From assembly GCA_964187785.1 (NCBI GenBank), contig OZ076409.1, forward strand, positions 22,136,001 through 22,200,000: a DNA stretch of 64,000 nt, read 5' to 3'. Shown one piece after another: positions 38,445 to 49,322 of this stretch (the first letter of the stretch is position 1; every line of letters begins with the position of its first letter). Position numbers and translations under genes: made by a program. Origin of the DNA: Amphiscolops sp. MND2022 (Eukaryota). The notes beneath the pieces were generated by a model, which saw only the letters and a list, made by a program, of their open reading frames with translations, did no database searches and was not told where the DNA came from.

Positions 38445-41400
38445 TTACTGGAACGGGAACTTTTTGTTAACATTCATCCAGGCAGCCTTCACCTTGTGGT
38501 AAATCTTGTTAGCAGACACTTTGCTTAATTGCGGTTGAAACTCCTTCAAATTAGCTTCAACTTCTGCCTTTTGGATTGTCGGTAACGCCATATGGAAAAA
38601 ACTGCATGCTAATTTTTCTTCTTCTGTCCAAGGATCTTTAGTGTTTCTGAATTGCTTCATGCTTTTAATATATAATTTTCGTTTTTTCTCCAAAATGTCA
38701 GGGGTGTTCGAGGGAGTTTTCGGGGTTTTCGGGATGTTCGAGGTTTTCGGTGTTTTCGGGGTTCTCGGGGTTTGCGGAAAATCAATGCTGTCGAGGCTGT
38801 CGTCTGAATTGTCGTCGTCGCTGCCGTCTTCTTCCAAATTTCTGGCACGCTTCACTGCCGATCTTCTGAGGTCAAATGTTGAATTTAATGACGTCCGCTG
38901 GTAGTTTTTAGGTCTCGGAGTTTCTTTCTCGACCTCTTCCTCAGTGCTCTCTTCTTCCTCCGGCAATTGCTCAGGCTCCACTGCCACTGTCCGCAGTGTG
39001 TTGCTGTAGATATTCAGCACCGCATTTCGATCTGCTTCGGTGACTCCTAAAAAGCATTAACACTTTGTGTAGACAAGAAGTAAATTACAAAAAAAGTTTT
39101 GTTTAAAAATGTTCAAAGCAAGAATATATCCAACCACATATCCAAGTGGATAAAAAATATTCAATATACTTACTCTGGTAGTGTTTCCTGGCCGTTGTCT
39201 CTGAGTGCGCGGTTTGGGCTAAATGGGCGTCTTTGTGATTTTGAGACAGTTCCAGCCCAGCCATATACATCTCCCAGAACTTTCGTATTGAGTTTGCGTT
39301 ATATCGCACCAAGTTTGGATCGTCCTGGAACAGTTCAGTAAAGGTGTCGCTGATTAAGTAAGACATTTTTGTCTCCTGCTGGGACTTCGTGTTCGCGAAC
39401 ATGAGGGAAGGCATTGTGGGGTACTCGCTCTTCATCCTTTCCCTCAATTCGTCCAAGAACGCGATTTGGTCGGCCTCAATCCTGACAGCAACGTCATAGA
39501 ATTTCCCCGTCTTGTGGTCACTGGTTTCATAGACGTGACCAGCTTTCAAGTGGGAGTCGAAGCACTCCCACGTCACGTTCAACATGGGCCCAGGCCTGAC
39601 GTTGAGGCGACATTGAAGCAGAAAAAAGTTGAGAGCTTTCAAGGTAGTCGTCGTCAAGTTTTTCTCTTCCAAATCCCGCTCCAGCACCTCAATCACTTGC
39701 TGCTGCCTCTTTGTGACCTGCTGCAGACTGGGGACCCGGGAGAACTTGTCTTTCTTATTTTCTTTGGAACAACGCGCAAGATTTGGCGCAAATTTTCGTC
39801 TCGCGTCTCTCAGCGCCTTCTGCATGGTGGGAAGGCAGAATTCCTTTTTCATCTGCCTTTTCTCGTACGTGTGGCAGTAGTCAAGAAAAACTTTCAATTG
39901 GGACATGTACCAATTGGTTGTGCTTGGCTCCCATTGTCTTCTGAGCTCAACTCTAGAAAAAAAATGCAAAACTTAGAACATTTTTTGACCAACAGGTCTT
40001 TATGTGGTTGATCCATTCTGCAGTCCATGTTGCTTTGGGGATATGGCAACTTGGACAGTTTTTCAAGTTTTTCCTATCTGCAACTTGTCACTGAATTATA
40101 TTATTTTATTTCATTAAATATTTATGAAGAAAATAAATAAATACCTTTCAATAGCTGGAATCAGCGCTTTTGGTTCTGTTAACCCGAGCGTGTCCCCATA
40201 AATAATTGCTAGGAAGTTCTTCAGCGACTCCCGTCCTCGCACGTTGCAGACGGTTTCGTCGGACAACCCTGAGCCTCTTTCTCGAAACTCGTGGTTGACG
40301 AAGTCTGTCACCAGAGACATGTGACTCTCCCTCGGCAGATGACTATTGCGCAATTTTGCGCGCAGTTCAAGTGGAAGAGATCTAAAAACGGCAACTAACC
40401 AATAAAAAACTATCTAATACAGCGATAATTAATTGTTTGTTTTTGATAACAACAAAAAATACCTTTTACTAGTGTGGTTAGCAACCACGGAGATAGAGTT
40501 GAGGTCGCATTTGTAATGTCTCTTGTGATCCAACTTGTTGGGAAATCGTCGATTGTGCTCCTCGCAATAAAAAATTTTGGTATTTTCATGCCGACCTCGG
40601 GTTCTCATAAAGTCCTTCAAATTTCGAAGGTCCTTCTCAGTCAGCTCTGGATGAGCACGGATATAGTGTTTATCTATCCGTTTCGCTGTTTTTTCACAGA
40701 TCAGGCACTGGATGACTTCGTCATATTTGGTCTTTTTCTGGAGTTTGTTGACTTTCTGTTCTCTGGGGACCAGAGCCACACCCATTTATATTAGCCACAC
40801 CCACAGCAGAAGTGCATTCAGGGACATCAGCTGCTGGTACTTCGCTTGTTAGGTTGACATGGCTGGAGTTCAGACCAACAGCAGAAACGCATTCAGGGAC
40901 ATCAGCTGCTGGTACTTCGCTTGTTAGGTTGACATGGCTGGAGTTCAGACCAACAGCAGAAACGCATTCAGGGACATCAGCTGCTGGTACTTCGCTTGTT
41001 AGGTTGACATGGCTGGAGTTCAGACCAACAGCAGAAACGCATTCAGGGACATCACTGGGCTGCCTAAACAAAAGAATATCTTTTTGTGTAATCAATCCGT
41101 ATTATACAGAAGTTGTTATGTGGAATTGTTTGTCGGTAAAATGTTCACAGCCAAGACTTTTCTAAATTGATATGAGAAAAACGTTATTGCAATAAGTATG
41201 CTTACTCTTGGTTAGCGTATATTGAGCTGTTATAAGCTGCTGCTACTTCGCTTGTTAGGTTGACATGGCTGGAGTTCAGACCAACAGCAGATACGCATTC
41301 AGGGACTTCAATGGGCTGTCTGAACAACTTCTCTGTGCACGGGTCACAGGCGCATTCTTCGTTGTTGTTGCCAAAGTAATTTGTTCCATAAGAAACAAAA

Positions 41401-42816
41401 ATTTCTTCGTTTTCTTCAATGTTTCTTATGGCCTCAATCCGCAAAATTGTTCGGTTTTTTGTGGGACCTCCGCAAACATACACAGCATTTGGTTGACAGC
41501 TGTGGTTAACGAAACTTGCCGGTCCCAGCATGATTCGCTCCTTTCCAGATTTTCGCTCCGATCCGAAGAGCGAAAATGTGGGCGCATTATCCACGGCCTC
41601 TGCGAAATAACCATCAAGGCCCTGAATCTTGGAGCCCTTTTGCAGCCTCTTTCTGGCAAAAACTCCAAACTCATATCCAATTCCCGTGTAGCTCAGGACA
41701 TCTTTGTATTTGACACTGTCAAACGATGTGGCGTAAGACTGCGTCATTTCCCGGTACAAGGCCATTGCATGAGGCTTCGCCAGTATCGTGCAAATGTTTT
41801 CAGGGACTTCACAATATTTATGCGTTTTTTGGGTTTCAGAATCGATGAATATGTGCGTCAGATGGGCATCTATTAGGCCCAGCAGTGTATCGGGACGCAT
41901 CACCTGCTCTGAGACAACAGCCGGTAGAGGCCGCGCATCACTGGGAGGCCCTTGGTATGCGATTGGACCCACAGCTCCAGCACCACTTTCTGCCTCGGGT
42001 CTGGTGCCTAAAAAGATGTTTTTATATAAAAATTTTAGTTTATAGCTGTTTCATCACTTCCTTAACAATTTGTGTAAACACCCCCTATTTTACACAATGA
42101 GTAAAAAACAATTTTATTTTGGTATTCAAACTCTACATGTATTAAAATTTTACTTTATAGCTGTTTCATCACTTCCTTAATTTGTGTAAACACCCCCTAT
42201 TTTACACAATGAGTAAAAATCAATTTTATTTTGGTATTCAAACTATACATGTATTAAAATTTTACTTTATAGCTGTTTTATCACGTCCTTAACAATTTGT
42301 GTAAACACCCCCTATTTTACACAATTAGTAAAAAACAATTCTATCTAATTTTTTACATGTATATTTGTACTTATTTTTACTTCTGAAATGAAGATTAACG
42401 TTTTATGTAATCAACCCCTAAATTTACATTACTTACATTACTTACCCCATTACTTACATCTATCTTCCGATCCAGCAACGTCAGGCAGCTCTACAGCAGA
42501 GACTTCCGCAGCAGGAATTTCCATAGCAGGGACTTCCGCAGCAGGAATTTCCATAGCAGGGACTTCCGCAGCAGGAATTTCCATAGCAGGGACTTCCGCA
42601 GCAGGAATTTCCCTAGCAGGGACTTCCGCAGTCTGGTTAGGGTGATACAGAGACATCCGAAAGTGTTAACGAAACATTTCCAACCACCGCAATGTTGCTT
42701 GTCTTTTTGGCCGGCTGTTTTGAGCCAGGGTTCGGGTTTGGACGTTTTCCGATTTTCACGCCTCGAGTTGAACGAGTTACGCGGGCGACAGCACTTTGTG
42801 ATCGAGTGCAAGGCAT
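38445..42816 (-). pseudogene. SET(SUV4-20-like)-zinc finger-tyrosine recombinase fusion gene, copy B; exons 42816-42458, 42007-41206, 41063-40463, 40381-40145, 39952-39174, 39046-38445
   Basis: SET: FSLFGSERK..IMLGPASFVNHSCQPN...EEIFVSYG..YFG..NEECACDPC. YR: RPG, HKTG, NSIRK, AHS, ARKHY. Lesions: 5-bp deletion in exon 1 and 25-bp insertion in exon 3. Confidence 0.85.
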
Positions 42817-43233
42817 TGTGAAATTCAAGTTGAGAGCTTTCGAAAATTCAATTCAAATTGAGAGTAAGTTGAGTTTGAGAAGCAAACGAAAATAATGGCG
42901 AAATTTTTGATGCTGTAAAACCTCGAAAAAAGCGTCTTTATTTCCTATTAACACATAATTAGATTTGAACTCGAATTCGCCGCATTTCAATAATGATCTT
43001 AACTCACTTTAAGTCACTCCCATTAACATTTCCACCAATTCTCCTTAACACCAATTATCTCATTATCACTTTTCGGGTCAACATTAGGATTTGTCAGGGA
43101 ACCCCAAACAACCCAACCCCCCACACCGCCCCCCGGGGGTTGATATATAATGTTTTAAAAGTTAAATTAAATTATAAGATATTATAAAAATAAAATGTTA
43201 AATTAATTATAAAATAAAACAACCATTAAAAAA

Positions 43234-45167
43234 ACAATAAACCAATGTGAAATATTTGTTTTTAAATTCCGGATCACATAAAATTATTTCACTGTAATTT
43301 TTGTGCCTTAGATATACTCTCTATGTCCCCCCAAAGGCATCAGTACCAATTCTGAACCAATTTTGAGGATATGTAAAAAATCGAAAAATTAGATACCATT
43401 TTCGACATGAAAAACAATAAACCAATGTGAAATACTTGTTTTTAAATTCCGGATCACATAAAATTATTTCACTGTAATTTTTGTGCCTTAGATATACTCT
43501 CTATGTCCCCCAAAGGCATCAGTACCAATTCTGAACCAATTTTGAGGATATGTAAAAAATCGAAAAATTAGATACCATTTTCGATATGAAAAACAATAAA
43601 CCAATGTGAAATACTTGTTTTTAAATTCCAGATCATATAAAATTATTTCACTGTAATTTTTGTGCCTTAGATATACTCTCTATGTCCCCCCAAAGGCATC
43701 AGTACCAATTCTGAACCAATTTTGAGGATATGTAAAAAATCAAAAATTAGATACCATTTTCGACATGAAAAACAATAAACCAATGTGAAATACATGTTTT
43801 TGAAGTCCGGATCACACAAAATTATTCCACTGTAATTTTTGTGCCTTAGATATACTCTCTATGTCCCCCCAAAGGCATCAGTACTAATTCTGGACCAATT
43901 TTGAGGATATGTAAAAAAGTCGAAAAATTAGGTATTATTTTCGACATGAAACTCAATCAAAACAATGTGAAATACATGTTTTTAAATTCCGGATCATATA
44001 AAATTATTTCACTGTAATTTTTGTGCCTTAGATATACTCTCTATGTCCCCCCAAAGGCATCAGTACCAATTCTGAACCAATTTTGAGGATATGTAAAAAA
44101 TCGAAAAATTAGATACCATTTTCGATATGAAAAACAATAAACCAATGTGAAATACTTGTTTTTAAATTCCAGATCATATAAAATTATTTCACTGTAATTT
44201 TTGTGCCTTAGATATACTCTCTATGTCCCCCCAAAGGCATCAGTACCAATTCTGAACCAATTTTGAGGATATGTAAAAAATCGAAAAATTAGATACCATT
44301 TTCGATATGAAAAACAATAAACCAATGTGAAATACTTGTTTTTAAATTCCAGATCATATAAAATTATTTCACTGTAATTTTTGTGCCTTAGATATACTCT
44401 CTATGTCCCCCCAAAGGCATCAGTACCAATTCTGAACCAATTTTGAGGATATGTAAAAAATCAAAAATTAGATACCATTTTCGACATGAAAAACAATAAA
44501 CCAATGTGAAATACATGTTTTTGAAGTCCGGATCACACAAAATTATTCCACTGTAATTTTTGTGCCTTAGATATACTCTCTATGTCCCCCCAAAGGCATC
44601 AGTACTAATTCTGGACCAATTTTGAGGATATGTAAAAAAGTCGAAAAATTAGGTATTATTTTCGACATGAAACTCAATCAAAACAATGTGAAATACATGT
44701 TTTTAAATTCCGGATCAAACAAAATTATTCCACTGTAACTTTTGTGCCTTAGATATACTCTCTATGTCCCCCCAAAGGCATCAGTACCAATTCTGGACCG
44801 ATTTTGAGGATATGTAAAAAAGTCGAAAAATTAGGTACTATTTTCGACTATTTTCAGTCAAAACAATGTGAAATACATGTTTTTGAATTCCGGATCACAC
44901 AAAATTATTCCATTGTAATTTTTGTGCCTCAGATATACTCTCTATGTCCCCCCAAAGGAATCAGTACCAATTCTGGACCGATTTTGAGGATATGTAAAAA
45001 AGTCTAAAAATTAGGTACTATTTTCGACTATTTTCAGTCAAAACAATGTGAAATACATGTTTTTGAATTCCGGATCACACAAAAATATTCCATTGTAATT
45101 TTTGTGCCTCAGATATACTCTCTATGTCCCCCCAAAGGCATCAGTACTAATTCTGGACTGATTTTGA
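43234..45167. repeat. ~180-bp tandem array, about 11 units (copy B)
   Basis: Same monomer as 29478-30690. Confidence 0.95.
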
Positions 45168-45794
45168 TAATGCGTATCTAATTGTAAGAAATTCTTACAA
45201 AAAATGCGATGTGTTATTTTGACCAAAAATTCGTTCAAGATTTTGGGTTAGATTGTCATAAATTAGGGGAGCGGAATAATAGCTAAGGAGTAATATCTAA
45301 AACGATTTCGGGATTAATATCTAAAACTGATATGGCTGAAATCATTTTTCGGGAATAATATCTAAAGTTTTCGTCATAATCTCTGCTATTTTTGCTATTT
45401 TCTTTGAGTGTTGATGGTTTGCTCGATTTTGACATATTTCCTTGAATTTCAATTGAACATTCCGGCATATTTTCCGTTTTTAGATACAATTCTCAGTTTT
45501 AGATCTTATTCCTGTTTTTTTAGATACAATTCCTCCAATTTGCATTTTAGATACTATTCCTTTAGATATTAATCTCGACATTGTTTTAGATATTATTCCT
45601 TAGATACTGTTCCTGGTTTGATGACTTCTTTCTTAAAAACTCAATATTTTAGATCTTATTCTGTTAGATCATATTCCGTTAGATCTCAGGCGCAACGTGT
45701 TTTAGTTAGATCTTATTCCGTTAGATCTTATTCCGATTTGGTGTCTTAGATCTTAGGCGTTAGATCTTATTCCGTCTTCCACATAAATTTTAGA

Positions 45795-46331
45795 TGAAAA
45801 TGGTCAAAATTTGGAATATTGTCGTAAATTTGATGCCTATTTAGAGGATCTTTACTCGACGACGAATGTGACATGAGTCGACGTAATAATCTCAGTCTAT
45901 GTGCTCTTAGAAAATTTGACTTCGTCTGGAAAAACCCTTTCATAAAAATCCCCATGAAACTATTCATATATCAAACTTTTGTGAAACCCATCTTCCAATA
46001 TAATAATCTTCCAATAGAGAATAAACTTGATGTTTTTCAGAGAAAGCATCTGAGATATTTCCTAAACATTTTCTACCCAAAGAAAATCCACAATAAAGAA
46101 CTATACAAGATCACAAATAACCAACCCTTCTCCGAATCTGTGAGATTCTTTCGAAAACGTCACCTTGGTCATCATTTGTAGAGACATTGCCCAAAAGAAA
46201 AAGAGGACCCCGCCCTCCAACGATCCTGAAAACGTACCGAAAAGACCTTGGAACAGACAATTGGCTCAAACTCGAAGAGCTGGCTTTTGCGAGGACGATA
46301 TAGCTATCGGATAATCTCGTACTACTACTAT
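45795..46331 (+). mobile_element. 3' fragment of an RTE-like LINE within copy B
   Basis: Equivalent to 31320-31856. Confidence 0.7.
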
Positions 46332-46479
46332 TTAGTGCCTATTTCAGAAGTAGTGTTCTTGTCTTGAAGTCGCAGCTACTTGCGAATTTGTCTACTTTCG
46401 AATTACATACAATTCATAGAGCGAGAGACTCTACTATTCATCTACACCCGGACCTCTACTCTACTGGAACAGCATCGAC

Positions 46480-49322
46480 ATGGACCCACCTTTTCGAGAC
46501 AGCAGGCCTCAATGTAGCGGTAAGTTGCTTTATTATTCTTTTTCCTAGTATACTTAAAAATTTAGGCCTACATGTAAAACAAAAGGTGGATATTATCAGC
46601 AGAGATGCACCTGAAAGAAAAGAAATTATTGTTATTGTTGTTGCAGAAAAATGAATAAGAACATAAGAGCAAATGACATAAACACGAAATTATCGTATAA
46701 TCCGGCGTATTTACCCCCCCCCCTTTTGAATATTTGACTATCATTTACACACACCACAAAAAACACCCAAATTTCGTATTATGACTACAAAATGGGCAAA
46801 CCCTTCTAAATAATTTTTTACAATTTATATAAAAAACGGTGCCAAGTTGCTGCTAAGAAAAAAATGAAAAACTGTCCAAGTTGCCATTTCCCCAAAGCAA
46901 CATGGGCTGCAAAATGGACCAACCCCCTATAAAGTTACCGTGCAAATATGTTAATTTGAAACATTTTTTAGTATGCAAAGAACGGTTTGCAACAAGTGGA
47001 ACCCTCAAGAGACACATGGAGCAAAAGAAACGCTCTTGCATGGAGAAACCGGTCGGGACCCGGTGTATGTTCTGCGGCTATGGGCCTTCCGGTGAGGAGT
47101 TTGAAAACAGGTGGAGGCTGTCGGAGCACGCTCTGGGCAAACTCTGTCACTCGATCATGCAGTTTCAATGGTCGAGTACAGATCAGCAACAGGTCAGAGC
47201 GCGTGGACAACTCTTGCTCCCCACAGAGAGGAATGTTAAGAACCTAATAAGCGAGAGGCATCTGAACTCTTTTGCGAGGCTCCTAGAGCGCGACTCGAAT
47301 CGGTTGGGATGGATGCCAACCTTGGACCAGGTCAACAAAACTCGGATCGCAAACCAGAAGCCCCCTTTAGACAGTCTTCCCGCCGTCAGAGAGACGAACG
47401 AGTCTGCCGCCCAAGAGGACCCAGTTCCATCCGCCCAAGAGGACCCAGTTCCATCCGCCCAAGAGGACCCTGCTGCCACCCAACTTCTCACCGTCACTGG
47501 TGATCCACTACCTTTTATCGACATCTCCAGCTCCGCAAACACTGTCACTGTCAAAAGTGACATTTATTTCAATTTCCCTTCAGAAAGTTGTAATTCTATG
47601 ATGAAAAACCGGCCAGCTCTGGACGCTTGTTTTGATGCTGCTTCCACCAGTTCGATTGAATTCGTAAAGGTTCTGTTGGCAAGAGATGTTGAAAATTCTT
47701 TGCCTCAACTCTCCGGCGACATTCGTGTCATCAAAGTGCAGGATCCACACAATCTGACAGGACTACGCTCCACAATTCCTTCCTCATGTATTCGCCAACC
47801 TTTTAAGGAATGTCTGTTGTCTCTGGGAAACTGCAATCAGATGATTTCCCATCCCCTTTCGGTGAGACACTACGGTGATGACGGCAAAGAAAAGATTAAG
47901 AAGCAGACGTTCCAGCAATTTGTCGACTCCTTGGGTGGACCAAATCCACTTAACGTCATCGACTGTTTTCCACCTTGTTTGTTTTCCCAAATTGTTGAAT
48001 ATTTTGTTCAATCGAGGCCCCTAATTTTACTGAAGCACCTGAAAACTGAAAACTTCTTTTTGGAAACAGCCATCGACAAACAAATTTGTTTATTTCCATT
48101 CTTTCCGAAGATGTTTTGCTTGTTTATTTCAGAAGATGCTGCTCTCTGTGACTTCGAGCTACCGGCAGTGATTAAGGGAGTGTCACTGTACCACCAGTTT
48201 TTGGAGAAGCTCCCTCGTAGCCTTATCCATAATTCGCTGGACAAGTACCTATTGCTGACCGAGAAAGGCGCAATAACTCCTTGGCATGTAGATTTCTCGG
48301 GCACAAGCGTATTTTACTTGCTTGTACGAGGCCAAAAGGAGTTCCTTGTCATAGAGCCAACCCCCGAAAACATGAGGAAGTATTCGGATTTCAAACGAGA
48401 CAAAATGTAAGTTGACAATCTGGTTCTTTTACCTGATATATCGACGTAATTTAACGTACTTAACTCATTGTGTAAAATGTAAGGTGTTTACACAAACGGT
48501 TAATCTTCATGATCGAGTGTATTTAGGAACGACGTTGTGTTCGGGACCGATCCTACACTCAAATGTCGGAAGGTTATCCTGAACCAGGGCGAGGGATTGA
48601 TCCTACCAGGCGGTGTTCCTCACATGGTCAGGACTACTGAGCACTCCATAGCAAGAGGAGCTAACTTTCTGTGGGACAAAACCCTGAGTAAGTTAAACAA
48701 AGTTTTGTTCTAATGTAATGAATAAAGGTGTACCGGACAGCAATACCGGTATCTCAAATGTCTGTGACCTCAAATATCTAAGCAAAGATTTATGTATTCT
48801 GAGATTAAATGCTGGAATAGTCGAGGCTAATTTTAGAAATGGCTGTTTTAGATTTGATCACAGACGTTTACATGCAAGAGAAGAAGCAAGCCTTGCGTGC
48901 GGATGAGCGGTACCCCTCGCTACCCGCAATCCTCCTGCTGTGGGTTATGGATAACCTTGAGAACCCGAATTGCCTCAAAGTCGCTGAGATGCTAATCAGC
49001 AAGGAGGCAAGAAGGGAGACGACAAACTGCGCGGTAAGTTTCTTTCACTTGTCACCCATGTCAAATAAAATATCTGTCCATATACGTGCATAACGCAGCG
49101 TTGTGCGTGTCTGTCATGTGTCTGTCCGTCGCTTGGGTTCTATTATTGGTCTCGTTGGGTCGAACACCTGCACATGATTCAAGCAAACTTTGTTAGATTT
49201 TGTTTTGTGTTTAGAACAAACTGAAGAAGCACAACAGTTGTTTCTGGTCTTTTGATGAGCTGAAGCAGCATGTCACTGATGCAGAGAGTCGCAGCGTCCT
49301 ATGCGGAAGCCACACAATTTGA
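46480..49322 (+). CDS. Zinc finger + KDM2/KDM7-type JmjC histone demethylase-like protein (646 aa); exons 46480-46519, 46972-48406, 48527-48687, 48837-49033, 49215-49322
   Basis: Spliced CDS is 1941 nt and open. Exon 1-2 junction builds PQCSVCKERF..LKRH. JmjC: KYLLLTEKGAITPWHVDFSGTSVFY...GQKEF...GEGLILPGGVPHMVRT...GANF; ERYP helix follows. Confidence 0.85.

Noticed and set aside
46881..46971. ORF-track start of the 509-aa JmjC ORF
   Set aside because: TTG start lies in an intronic repeat motif; an upstream ATG exon (46480-46519) splices in phase and completes the zinc finger.
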